Shown: positions 48,193-59,541, counted from the first letter of the whole stretch. The stretch: DNA of 63,099 nt, filler included, from Folioceros fuciformis (GCA_049999805.1; 6 parts of 6 records of this genome joined end to end with filler, not necessarily neighbours in it), one strand, 5' to 3'. Notes: generated from the sequence alone by a model not told the origin. A program made the numbers and translations.

Positions 48193-51100
48193 TTAGGACT
48201 CTGGGTCCTGTACTAACCCCATTGCAGATGCAAACTTCTCATGCTTGTCTCTGGGAAGTGCCTTTGTGAGCAGGTCTGCAATGTTGTTGTGAGTTGAGAC
48301 AAACTGCAGATTAGCATGCCCATCATAAATTACTTGTCGGATAAAATGATGCTTGATTTCGATGTGTTTTGTCCGGGCATGCATAACCGGGTTCTGGGCA
48401 AGAGCTATGGCAGATTGGTTGTCACTCAGAAGAAGTGTTGGAGCCTGCTGAGCTTCGCCAAGTGAGGCTAATAATTCTCTGCCATGTATAATATCTTGGG
48501 ATGCCGTTGTTGCAGAGATGTACTCTGCCTCCGTTGAGGACAGAGCCACTACTGGCTGCTTTTTACTATGCCATGAAATAATTGTAGCTTCATGCTCATC
48601 CTGTCCGAGCATTAAGCAGTGTGCAGAAATAGAACGGCGACTGTCAGAGTCGGCTGCCCAATCCGCATCACAATAGCAGATCAGTAGCAAATTACTTGGT
48701 CGCTGCTTGTACAAAAGACCAAGTCTGGGTGTGCCACCAAGGTAGCGCATGCATCTCTGAACAGCATGCCAGTGTGCCGAGCCGTAGTTGGAGAGGAACT
48801 GGGAGGTTACTCCTACAGCATGTGATAACTCGGGCCGAGTCCAGTTCCTGAAATAAATAAGCACTCCCACTGCCGGCCTATAGGGGACTTTTGCCATTTC
48901 CAGCCGCTCTTGCTCAGTTTTTGGACACTGTTCTAATGTAAGTTTCTCTCCTGTTGCCATGGGTGTTGTAGCAGGTGTTGCATTCTGTAATCTAAAACGT
49001 GCAAGGACCTGAACAACAAATTGTGCCTGGTGGATAAAGATGGTGTGATTACCCAGATTCTGCTTGATCTGGATTCCTAAGAACCAGGTTAGTTGACCTA
49101 AGTCAGTCATGGAGAACTCAGATGAAAGGATTCCTTTCACCTTGTTCATTTGTGCCGGGTTGCTAGCAATTATGACTGCATCGTCTACATACAAGGCTAG
49201 ATAGGCAACACCATTTTTATCATGAAGTTTGTAAACATTTGAATCAGCACTACTTTGGACAAAACCACACTTTTTCAGATATGTGTCAATTCTCTTATAC
49301 CACTCACGTGGTGATTGCTTTAACCCATACAGAGCTTTGATTAATCTGCATACCTTGTTTGGATGCTTGGGATCGACATACCCTTCTGGTTGGCGCATGT
49401 ATATAGTCTCCTCCAAGTCGCCATTTAAGAAGGCTGTTTTAACATCCATGTGTTGCAATAGGTAATCATGCTGGGCAGCTATTGCTAACAAGGTGCGAAT
49501 GGAGGTAGCTCGGACTACTGGAGAAAACGTCTCCTGGTAGTCAAGTCCCTCAACCTGGCTGTAGCCTCGGGCAACCAGCCTAGCTTTGTATCTCGCAATT
49601 GTTCCATCAGCAGCACGCTTCAATTTGAATACCCACTTACAAGTCACCGCCTTCCTGCCAGGTGGTAAGTCTTCAAGCACCCATGTCTTATTATCCATAA
49701 TGGACTGATATTCAGATTCGATAGCAGCATGCCATTTGTCCTTCTCTGGAGAATTAATAGCCTCCTGGTATGACTGGGGCTCGCCCATGTCAAATGGAGT
49801 ACCCTCTTGGACCAGGAAGCTTTGATATGTCAGTGGTGGAGTATGCCACTCGGCTGGTGATGTAGTATGATGCCTGGAGCTTCTTCTAAGTACCTGCTCT
49901 GAGTCAGGTTCAGGTATGACCTGTGACACATGCAATGGCTGTTCAGGTTCGGGGGTCTCAGCTTGCTCTTCACTAACTGCTTCGACTTCATCGCCAGGGA
50001 AGTCAGTGGGTTCTTCTTCACTATCACTATCTAAGGATGAAGATGGGTGTGAAGAGCTAGAAGGTTGAGAATCATTAGCAGGCTGAGAGGTAGAGACAGC
50101 TGTTAGGTCATCATGATCATCACTCATGACGTTATCAAGGACAGGAGGTGCATCTAATTGGTGCTGACTCAATGCAGAGGTAAGTAGCATCTTTTCATTG
50201 AAAACTACACTACGTGCATGAATGGTAGTTCTAGACACTGGATCTAGAAGCTTATAGCCTTTAATACCTTCGGTGTACCCCACAAACACATATTTCTTTG
50301 CCTTATAGTCCAACTTCACTCGTTGTTTCTCTGCAAGGTGTGCATATGCGGGTGATCCGAAGATTCGTAAATGGTTAATCCGAGGCTTGTGACTAGTCCA
50401 TCTCTCAAATGGCGTAGAGCCAGTGTAAGCTTTGGTAGGCAGCCGATTTCGGATATAAGCAACTGTGGCTACTGCCTCACCCCAGTAGCTTCGAGTAAGG
50501 CCAGATACCTTTAGCATTGCCTTGGCTGCAGACTGGAGATGTTTATTATTCAGTTCAGCCAAGGGATTTTGTGAGGAAGTATAAGGAACGGTCAGTTGAC
50601 GCTGTATCCCCAGCTCCTTGCAATAATCCCGAAATGCTTCTGAGATATATTCCCCGCCATTGTCACTGCGCAGGGTCTTGAGTTGCTCACCAGTTTGCCG
50701 TTGAGCAAAGGAGACATACTCCTTGAAGCAGCCTAGAGTTTGGCTCTTGTGCTTAATAAGATAGACCACAACATACCGGCTCCAGTCGTCAACAAAGGAG
50801 AGTATGTAAAGAGCTCCACCAAAAGTAGCTGTAGACATGGGGCCGCACAGGTCAGTATGAACAACTTCAAGCAGCTTGGTGGCCCGTGTTGGATTTTCAT
50901 CAGTATAGGGAAGGCGCTGGTGTTTCCCAAATACACATGCTTCACAGAACGGCTTGTCAGTAAACTGAAGCATGAACTTCTCTCGATAAAGGGAGTTGCT
51001 GGCCACCATTGCTTTTATCTTGTCGAAGTTGGCATGACCAAGTCGGCAATGCCACAACATAGCTGCATTGTACTGTGGGGCCTCTTGACCGACGTAAACA

Positions 51101-52737
51101 TGTACTCGGGTAAGAGGAAGACCTAGCTTGGATGTGATATTTAGTTGGTACAAGTCATGCAAAGGAGTACCAGTAGCTAACAACTTATTCTTATGTTGTG
51201 GATCTGTGACTGTGCATTGCAGACCAGTGAAAGACACATTCAGTGTGTGTTGAGTGGTCAGCTTGCGAACAGACACCAGATTTTTAACCATAGAAGGTAC
51301 GTGAAGGACTTCTTCAAGAACTAGTGTGGTTCTATCACTTAGAACAACGGGAACTGACCCCACGCCTTCTATCATGAGGCCACTATCATCTCCAAGCAAG
51401 ACGAACTGACCTGGTGGGACTGCCTTGTACTCACAGAAGGATTTCTTGCAGTGACAGATGTGGGAAGACGCACCTGAATCTATGAACCAGACATGTTTGT
51501 TGGAAGCAGTAGAAACCATGCATACAGCAAGCAATGTATTCGTCTTGCGCTGTACCACATGAGATTCTGGTGGCACTGTCCTTCTAGGTTCATTGTTCTT
51601 CTTCTTGCGGCATTCAGCTTCCCAGTGGCCAGGTATGAGACACCAGTTGCAGGGTCCCTTCTTTTTGGCTGGAGTTGGCTGCGTATGTTTCTTGGATGTA
51701 CTGTTGGCGGTGTATGATGTCCAGTGCTGCCTTGGCGGTTGTCTCCTGGGCCCCTTGTTTGCGTAGAGTGCCCGTGTGGAAGACTCTCCTCGGGAGGAGT
51801 TGCCGCCTTGATTTACAGTCCTAGTGGACTCTTCCTCGAGAAGAGCTCCAATTACATCCGCCAAAGTAACGTCAGGTTGTTGTCCAGCAGGTGCATTCTG
51901 TGCTGCAAGTCTTAAAGCTGAACTCTGGTTGCTGACGAAGGTACGATAGCTAGGAGGAAGAGAGAGAATAAGGGCCACGGCCGCCTGCATCTCTGTGGTC
52001 TTCGTTCCGCTAGAGATAAGCTTCGATCGTAGCTGCCGAAACTTCACAACATGCTGCTCTATTGGTTCATTCTCACGCATTTTGCAGGTGTAGAAAGCTC
52101 TTGTAGCTCCAACCAAAGAAGAACCATTACTGACTTGGTATGTATGTGTGAGAGAATCCCATGCTTCCTTTGTATTCTCCACATCTTGTGTATGTGACAT
52201 CATTGATCCATCCAAGGCAGATTGAATCACTCCAAGTGCTCGCAAATCGAGTTTTTCCCAAGCTTCGATTGCAGCAGCAGTGGCAGTAGCAGGAGGTTTT
52301 GGTACTGTCCCGGTGACGACTCCCCACAGGCCATTTTCCTTAAGGATCGTCGAGACTCTAAGTGACCATATATCAAACTGTGTGCCTGAGAAACGATCCT
52401 TCTCCTTGAAATCTATCTTCAGGTGTGTGACAGCCATGTTGAGATGCACCTGGGTTTGAAGCACCTGATTTGCAAGTGTGCGTGCTACTAACGCAACTAA
52501 CTGTGCTTGCTGTCGTCGTGCGTTTGCAAGGGCTTTTGCTAAACGTGCTCTCTGAATGCGGTCAAGTGTGGGATCTACTGTGTGAGAACTACCTTGTGAA
52601 GAGGACGGTGATAAGAGACCAAGTGGATCAGCAGGGATTGGTGGAGGTGAAGTGCTCCGACCAGTGCCTTGATCCGTAGGTTTTGGTATACCTGTGCCCT
52701 TGCCTCTGTCAGCCCAACTTCCACGTCCTTGTGACAT
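48193..52737 (-). CDS. Uninterrupted Gag-Pol polyprotein (1514 aa from ATG 52737)
   Basis: CNWCLIPGHWEAEC knuckle, WFIDSGAS protease, LWHCRLGH..CEAC, integrase HTDLCGP/RSDNGGEY/QNPLAE, RT LYVDD, RNase H DADWA/EAEY/SDN/ADLLTK. Copia domain order. Confidence 0.97.
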   Translation of the reverse strand: MSQGRGSWADRGKGTGIPKPTDQGTGRSTSPPPIPADPLGLLSPSSSQGSSHTVDPTLDRIQRARLAKALANARRQQAQLVALVARTLANQVLQTQVHLNMAVTHLKIDFKEKDRFSGTQFDIWSLRVSTILKENGLWGVVTGTVPKPPATATAAAIEAWEKLDLRALGVIQSALDGSMMSHTQDVENTKEAWDSLTHTYQVSNGSSLVGATRAFYTCKMRENEPIEQHVVKFRQLRSKLISSGTKTTEMQAAVALILSLPPSYRTFVSNQSSALRLAAQNAPAGQQPDVTLADVIGALLEEESTRTVNQGGNSSRGESSTRALYANKGPRRQPPRQHWTSYTANSTSKKHTQPTPAKKKGPCNWCLIPGHWEAECRKKKNNEPRRTVPPESHVVQRKTNTLLAVCMVSTASNKHVWFIDSGASSHICHCKKSFCEYKAVPPGQFVLLGDDSGLMIEGVGSVPVVLSDRTTLVLEEVLHVPSMVKNLVSVRKLTTQHTLNVSFTGLQCTVTDPQHKNKLLATGTPLHDLYQLNITSKLGLPLTRVHVYVGQEAPQYNAAMLWHCRLGHANFDKIKAMVASNSLYREKFMLQFTDKPFCEACVFGKHQRLPYTDENPTRATKLLEVVHTDLCGPMSTATFGGALYILSFVDDWSRYVVVYLIKHKSQTLGCFKEYVSFAQRQTGEQLKTLRSDNGGEYISEAFRDYCKELGIQRQLTVPYTSSQNPLAELNNKHLQSAAKAMLKVSGLTRSYWGEAVATVAYIRNRLPTKAYTGSTPFERWTSHKPRINHLRIFGSPAYAHLAEKQRVKLDYKAKKYVFVGYTEGIKGYKLLDPVSRTTIHARSVVFNEKMLLTSALSQHQLDAPPVLDNVMSDDHDDLTAVSTSQPANDSQPSSSSHPSSSLDSDSEEEPTDFPGDEVEAVSEEQAETPEPEQPLHVSQVIPEPDSEQVLRRSSRHHTTSPAEWHTPPLTYQSFLVQEGTPFDMGEPQSYQEAINSPEKDKWHAAIESEYQSIMDNKTWVLEDLPPGRKAVTCKWVFKLKRAADGTIARYKARLVARGYSQVEGLDYQETFSPVVRATSIRTLLAIAAQHDYLLQHMDVKTAFLNGDLEETIYMRQPEGYVDPKHPNKVCRLIKALYGLKQSPREWYKRIDTYLKKCGFVQSSADSNVYKLHDKNGVAYLALYVDDAVIIASNPAQMNKVKGILSSEFSMTDLGQLTWFLGIQIKQNLGNHTIFIHQAQFVVQVLARFRLQNATPATTPMATGEKLTLEQCPKTEQERLEMAKVPYRPAVGVLIYFRNWTRPELSHAVGVTSQFLSNYGSAHWHAVQRCMRYLGGTPRLGLLYKQRPSNLLLICYCDADWAADSDSRRSISAHCLMLGQDEHEATIISWHSKKQPVVALSSTEAEYISATTASQDIIHGRELLASLGEAQQAPTLLLSDNQSAIALAQNPVMHARTKHIEIKHHFIRQVIYDGHANLQFVSTHNNIADLLTKALPRDKHEKFASAMGLVQDPES

Positions 52738-52748
52738 ATACAAGGTCC

Positions 52749-53390
52749 TTACAGTAGTATGCCTTCACCATCACCAGATTCAATGAGAGCTGTTTGATCA
52801 CAGAAGCCGTGGAGAGTTACTTGAATAGCCCTGATCATTTTCATCATGTCGGACTCTGGTTCTTCCTGTGAGGTTTGAAGAGGTGCATCCGAGTTCTGAA
52901 CCGATGCGGTCTGGATTGGGACCGACGTGTTGGACAAAGTGTACTTAGATATGGAATTCTTCAAGAAAGTGCCCAAAAGATTCTTAATGTGACCAGCGAG
53001 AGACTGAATGTGAATATTAAGACCTGAAATTTCTCTAGACAGGTGCACAGATCGTTGACGGGCATGATCTGCGTGTGATTGCAACAGAGCACAAATTTGT
53101 GAAGTCTGTGAGTGCACTAGGTTATAAATTTCTACAAACAATTTGTCTGGAGTCGTTGTGAAGGCAAATGGGGCAGATTTCTTGACGCGCTGACAACGCT
53201 GGACTGTAGGACGTCTAAATTGCTGCTGATTATGACGCCTATGACCAGGATGTGTGTGAGAAGGATTGAAATTGCAGTGTGATTCAAGGAAACTACACAA
53301 ATTGTGCAAGTGCTTGTTCTCCGAAGTGCTGCAACTTCCAAAAAACAAATCTCTTGGCGCCTGCTGCCCACGACCTCGCGCTCTCGGCAT
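52749..53390 (-). CDS. Copia-5 accessory ORF-B (213 aa, MPRARG..., His/Cys-rich N-half, heptad-like helix)
   Basis: Fully open; begins 9 nt after the ORF-A stop and ends 11 nt before the gag ATG. Confidence 0.7.
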   Translation of the reverse strand: MPRARGRGQQAPRDLFFGSCSTSENKHLHNLCSFLESHCNFNPSHTHPGHRRHNQQQFRRPTVQRCQRVKKSAPFAFTTTPDKLFVEIYNLVHSQTSQICALLQSHADHARQRSVHLSREISGLNIHIQSLAGHIKNLLGTFLKNSISKYTLSNTSVPIQTASVQNSDAPLQTSQEEPESDMMKMIRAIQVTLHGFCDQTALIESGDGEGILL

Positions 53391-53399
53391 AGCGATCAG

Positions 53400-53594
53400 T
53401 CAGTCATAACAATGGCTGACAACGCCTGCTAGGAACGCACCAGCCAGTGCGCCAAACCTGGTCAAAGAAACTCGCAAGGCTTCGATGGCAGCACTAAAAA
53501 CATTATGGCTAAAATTTCTGATGCAATTGCTGTTTTTGCAGATTTGGCAGGCGCGCAGCGGCGATGCGTTGGCGCGCGGCGGCGCGCTCTCCAT
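53400..53594 (-). CDS. Copia-5 accessory ORF-A (64 aa, CxxC)
   Basis: MESAPPRANASPLRACQICKNSNCIRNFSHNVFSAAIEALRVSLTRFGALAGAFLAGVVSHCYD; ATG 4 nt after the PBS. Confidence 0.75.
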   Translation of the reverse strand: MESAPPRANASPLRACQICKNSNCIRNFSHNVFSAAIEALRVSLTRFGALAGAFLAGVVSHCYD

Positions 53595-53885
53595 CTATGG
53601 CTCTGATACCATAGAGACGTGCTAGGATCGTGAGAGCGTGAGTGGATTAGCAGGCAAGCTTGTCGAGAGAAGAGAATGAATTAAATTATTCGTGGCCGTG
53701 TGGTCACTTTTAAGGAACTGCTGTGAAACGTCGTGTGTCCCGTGGCGTGAGTGACCGATAGTTGTTTGGGGTCAAAATACCCCTTAATTACGTCACTTAG
53801 AATCTACCCGATTACTATCTCGGCTACTTACTTATTTAATGTTTATTATTAATGCTGGATATATAAAAGCCTATTTACACCTTTA

Positions 53886-56800
53886 CGCCACTCTACTCAT
53901 CTGCAGGGTAGAAGAAGCGCTGAAGAGCAAAATGGTGCAGAGGAGGAAACGTGCTCTATCCAGCTAGAAGCGCCCTGTTGAGCATCACCCTGAGGCAGGG
54001 CATCCAGACTCAAGCGCTGCAGAGGCAGAGAGCTCCGGAGATCCCTTGCAACCAAATGCACACCAGCGACCAACTCAAGCTGACAGAAATATGTTTTGTC
54101 ACATGCACGATGTCCTGAAGAAAAGCGACAAACTGGTGAAAGCCTTAAAGGCAGCAAGTTGCAAGACATATGAGCTACAAGACCTGCTGTCTCAAAGACC
54201 TGACCCTAAGAACCCAGACCACCCTTTGACAGAGGAGTGTCAACACATGGTGAAGAAGCTGATTTTGCTAGGCTACGTCTCAGAGGTGGACATAGAAAGA
54301 CCATACAGTCTTGCACATGTATACTAGTAAGTGACAATGACTATCTTACCTAACCTGTGATGCAGCAAGTCCACGATTTGACAAGCTAGTTGTAGATTCA
54401 TCCACTGGACTGCCGCTTACAAACCTTGCTTGTGGCAGGAAAGATGAGAACAGCAAGGTGACAAGGATAACAGGACAGGCACCTGGACCCTCACAACCTA
54501 TTGACGATAGACCTATTGCACCGTAATAGCAAAAGGGCTGCATCCTTCCAGTTCCAGGCAAGTTCCTCTAGTCAGGTTATATCAAAGGAAGTAGGCATAG
54601 CAAACTCCTTGAGCCCAAGGGCTTCAACATGCTTGTAATGCTTTATCTTGGGTAACCCCTTGGTTAATATATCAGCCGTGTTGCTATCAGTGTGCACATA
54701 CTCGACCTTGACAACTCCTCTTTCTGCCACATCAGGGATATAGTGATGGTAAAGCTCAATGTGTTTTGTTCGCACATGAAACCTTGGATTGGAGACCAGG
54801 GCAATTGCACTCATGTTATCACAAAGCAGCTGAGTCGGTGTGGTCTGAGATAAGTGGATGCCTTCCAGAAATTGCCTTTCCCACTCCGCTTCTTTACAAG
54901 CGTCCGTTAAAGCCTTGTACTTCACTTCTGTGCTTGAAAGAGCTAATGAAGTTTGTTTCTTACAGGACCAATTAATGGATCCTGAGGAAAGCTGGAACAC
55001 ATATGCCAAAAGGCTACGTCTTGTATCTGCATCAGACGCCCAATCTGCGTCCGCCCATGAGTTAAGTGTCATCTCCTTACGCCCACTTGTTGTGAAGTGA
55101 AGACCAAGGTGTACTGTGCCTTTCAAATAACAATATATTCTCTTGACAGCAGCCCAATGGGCTTTGCCAGGATTCTTCAGAAACTGACTTACAATGCTCA
55201 CAGAGTATGACACATCAGGCCTAGTACAGTTGGCAATAAATATGAGACACCCCACTGCCTCGGCATAAGGAACAGTCTGCATGTCCAGAATTGTTGATGC
55301 TTCAGTAGGGCACATAGCTGCTGTGAGTTTCTCTCCCACTGCCGAGGGAGTGGATACTGGACGGGCAACATCAAGACTAAAGCACTTCAAAATCTCCTTA
55401 AGGTACTTTGTTTGATGTAGAATTATGGTGCCTTAAGCTCTGTCCCTCAGAATCTGAATCCCTAGACAAAACTGTAGCTCACCTTGATCCATCATTTCAA
55501 ACTCCGCACGGAGCATGTCCTTAGCCTTATTTAACATTGTGACACTATTGCTGAGCAGGATGGCATCATCGACGTATAACGCAAGAATAACAAAGAGTCC
55601 GCCTTGAGCAAAATAGAAGACGTTGGAGTCAGCAGTAGACTACACGAAACCCATGTTTTGAAGATATTTCATTATCCTTTTATACCATGCCCTGGGACTT
55701 TGCTTCAGACCATACAGTGTTTTCAGCAGTTTGCATACACGCTGTGGCCATTTCTTACTAACAAACCCCTCATGCTGCATCACGTAGAGTACCTCCTCAA
55801 GTTCACCATGAAGAAACGCAGTACATACGTCCATCTGATGGACTTCTAGATCAAACTCTGTAGCCATTGCGAGTAGGATACAAATAGAGGGAGGCTTGAC
55901 TACAGGGGAGAAATTTTCCCCATAGTCCACACCAGGTATTTGACTAAACCCACGTGCAACCAGCCTAGACTTGTACCTAGCTATAGTGCCATCTGACTTC
56001 AACTTAGTTTTGAATACCCATTTGCAGGTAATGGGCTTTTGTCCTGGCGGTAGATCAACTAGCTCCCATGTATTGTTCTTGATTAGGGTGTTATACTCAT
56101 CGTCAATACTAACCCTCCAGTGGGCTCCATTGGGGCCATTGAGAGCTTCAGCATAAGACTGAGGATCAGGCCTAATGTTTGGGACAGTTAAGTCCGCAAG
56201 ATGAGCTAATTTCCGAAAGTCAATAGGAGCATAAGGTGTTTCTATCCATCTTGACCTTGGCCTTCTGTCTCTTGTAGGATAACGAAGAGAGGGAGGGTCC
56301 ATAGGGAGAACTGCTCCCACTGCTTCTGTTGGACCTAACCCATCACTATCAGAATGATGGGAAGTATCATTGTCTTGAGAGATTGACTCACCATCAGAGC
56401 TGTCAGAATGTGTAAAGTCAGCATCAGCCAACAATTCTGGTTGAGGATCAGCTTGAAGGATAGACTAAGCTTTAGACCCAATATCTCCATTTGCCAAGTC
56501 GATAGCAGCACCGACTGTTTCACCATCAAAATTTGGATATACTACTGGAGGAGGTGGTGGTACTTTAGGCAAACCGGGTCCTAGATTGACAGGGACTAAA
56601 GGGTTGACTGTATCACCAAACACAACCTCTGAGTCAGCGTAACCATGGTCACCAGGAGGGTTAGCACCCTCTAGAAGCTCTTGCATGGGTTCAAACCTTG
56701 GTGAGATGAGTTCACTAAATATGACACTTCTAGCCAACACTACCTTGTGAGTTCGAGGACTGATCAATTTATATGCCTTGCTTTCTTCACCCAGAAAGAT

Positions 56801-59100
56801 ATAAGGGACTGCCCTATCATCTAACTTCTTTCTCTTTTCTGCAGGGACATAGACAAAAGCTAGAGACCCAAAAACTCTCAAGTGAGATAAGTTGGGCTTA
56901 CGCCCCATAACATCTCATAGGAAGTCTTCACACGAATAGCAACTGTAAGCAGCCTATTCAGTATATATGTAGCTGTATTAATTGCATCTGCCCAGTACCT
57001 TTTTGGAAGAGATGCATAAGATAGCATACTCCAAGTCATTCCCATGAGTGTCTGATTTTTACGTTCTGCCACCCCATTTTGTTGTTGTGTGTAGGGGACA
57101 GATAGCTAGTGAATAATACCACATTTGTCAAAAAGTGCATCATACTTGTGGCCGACAAATTCACCTTCGTTGTCTGTCCTTAAACACTTAATTAGATAGC
57201 CAGTTTGACCTTGAACCATAGGTATCCAGGATACTATCTGTTCAAAGGCATCACTCTTGTATTTCAAAGGGTAAGTCCATGTATATCAAGAGTAATCATC
57301 TGCCAGTGTTAGATAATACTCTGCTCCTCCTAGAGATGTAGTCTGCAATTTTCGTGCGATGTCTGCATGAACTAGGGCGAGTAGAGATGTTGCTCTTGTG
57401 GTGCTTTTATTCCTAAAGGGAAGTTCTTTTTGTTTGGTTAGGGCACAGGCACTGCAAACTGGAAGAGACTTAAAGCACGAGGGCAACTTTTCTCTATAAC
57501 AATCAGACATTGTCATAAGGTCAAGTTTGGTTTTATTAACATGCCCAAGTCTAGCATGCCACAACTTTGCCTGATTTTGTGAAGTAATTGCATAGGCCCG
57601 GTCTAACCTCTTGGATGTAGTGATAAGTTGATACAGATCACCCACAACTGCAGTTTTTGCTAAATGATGTTCATAATCATCTAAGTTGTAAATGTAGCAA
57701 TGGTCAGCTTCAAATCGGAAACCATACAATTGGCTACATGTGACTGCCCGAATAGAGATCAAGTTCTTTGACAAGGAGGGGACGTAAAGAACATCTTCCA
57801 ACTGTAGTGACTCTCCATTCATTAGAGGTATGATAACACGACCAGTACCTTCGACTGCTACTCCTCTGAGCATCTCCCACATACACTGATTGTGGGTTTT
57901 TGGATGTCCAGAATGTCATGAAAAGTTGACAGTTATTGCAAACATGTGTTGTGGCACCTGAGTCAATGAACCATAAAGAAGAGAGCTCACGTGTGGCAGT
58001 AAAGCAGACAGTTAGAGCTATTGTAGCACTCTTGTGTGTTGACTGCTTAGGTTCTTTAGCAGCAACATAAGCTTCTGGTTTAACATCCTTCTTGAGATCA
58101 CCAGCCTTTTTCTTACGACACTCTCGTTCCCAATGACCGGGAATGCCACACCAATTGCAAGCTCGTGTTCTTTTGGCAGTCGAGGGTGAAGGTGAGTTTG
58201 TTTTCTTTCCTCCTTTGTCCTTTCCCCTCACAAACGCCTTGCCCTTTGTTGCAAACTGCACTTTTTTGCCTCGATTCCTAGAACCTGATACAAATTTGTG
58301 ATGACTTTGTTCCTCTTGTAGGAGAGCGCCACTCACATTGTTGAAGCTTACAGTCGCTGGATTGCCAGTAGCAACGGCAACATACGAAGATTGTAGTGCA
58401 GCATTCTGTCCAAAGATGAACGTTTGAAAGGAAGGTGGCAAGCTTGATAGCAACTGGGCAACAACATCAGTTTCAGACATTGTGCTACCAAGTGAGACTA
58501 ACTGTGCCCTCAGGTACCTAAACTTGGTAATGTGGGTACCCAAGTTATCCCCTTCCTTCAATCGCAACCCATAGAACTGATTGCGTACAGAGACTAGTGT
58601 CAAAATGTTTTGAACTTGGTATGTGTTTTTGAGCTGATCCCATACTGCAGCAGCTGTAGGGAGGCTTTCAACTTCTGTGACTGTGGTTTCTCCAAGGCCA
58701 GAGAGCAAGATGGCAAAGGCCACCTTGTTTCCCTTTTTGAATCTGTCTTTGACATCTTGTGCATCATTTGGTATGAGAACAGGGATCGTGCCATCGACAT
58801 ACTCCCACACATCACGAGCATCCAGAAATGCTTTCATACGAGCTCTCCAGCTCTCATACTTGGTATGTGTCCCGTCAAAGCGATCTTTTTCCTTGAAGTC
58901 TCCTCCATAGGAAGTGTTCTGAACTGCCATGTTAGTGATGACAGGAATGATCGGTGGAGCCAATGGTGGAGGTGTAAACTTAGGGAACTGAGCAGTGAGA
59001 GACCGAAAGAACTGAGACTTGGTGTTTGAATCAATTTCTGGATCACTATCTATATCCTCAAACAGCTAGGCTAGACCTGACATATAAGACAGAAACTAGA
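53886..59100 (-). mobile_element. Ty1/Copia element (Copia-6), degenerate; Copia-5 abuts its 3' region
   Basis: Gag FKEKDRF..CNWCGIPGHWEREC, WFIDSGAT, LWHARLGH, QNGVAERKNQ, RT YVDD, RNase H DADWA..ADILTK ending at 54572. LTRs and PBS not identified. Confidence 0.88.
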
Positions 59101-59541
59101 TAGACGTGTTGATCATACTAGAGCTAAATTAAGACGGGAGCTTGAGAAGACAAGGATGAGTAAATGTCCTGGCCTGTCGTGCTTCCTCTTGGTTTAGCTC
59201 TGCTGTATTCATCAACAAGTTAGTTAGCAACTCATACGTACACACAGCATGCCTGCAGGGGTCATAAGGTCATCAAAAGTGAAACGACAAATTAACATGA
59301 CGAAACGGTATGTTTGTGACCTAAAATGATGCATGCTGCAAAAACTGAAATGACAAAGATATGACGAGTTGTGAATACAGGCTAAGTGCCCCAAAGTCAA
59401 GCGGCAATGCTGACACATGGCCTTCACCACCAACCGTCAACTCTACAAGACACTCCTATTGGAAGCTGGCAAGAGACAGCGCCGTGTGTGGCGCAATCTG
59501 CCAAGCTCTAGCAGTGCTGAGTCTCGCGCAAGGCTGATTGA

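Larger units (their letters stand above)
47861..53885 (-). mobile_element. Ty1/Copia element (Copia-5), apparently intact, TA...TA LTR termini
   Basis: 5' LTR at 53612-53885; PBS TGGTATCAGAGCC at 53611-53599; PPT aagtgggag at 47916-47908. The visible 47 bp of the 3' LTR (47861-47907) is identical to 53839-53885. Confidence 0.95.

Noticed and set aside
53391-53402. ORF-A and ORF-B in the same frame separated by a single TGA-CTG (possible readthrough)
   Set aside because: In Copia-4 the two ORFs are in different frames, so the arrangement is not conserved.
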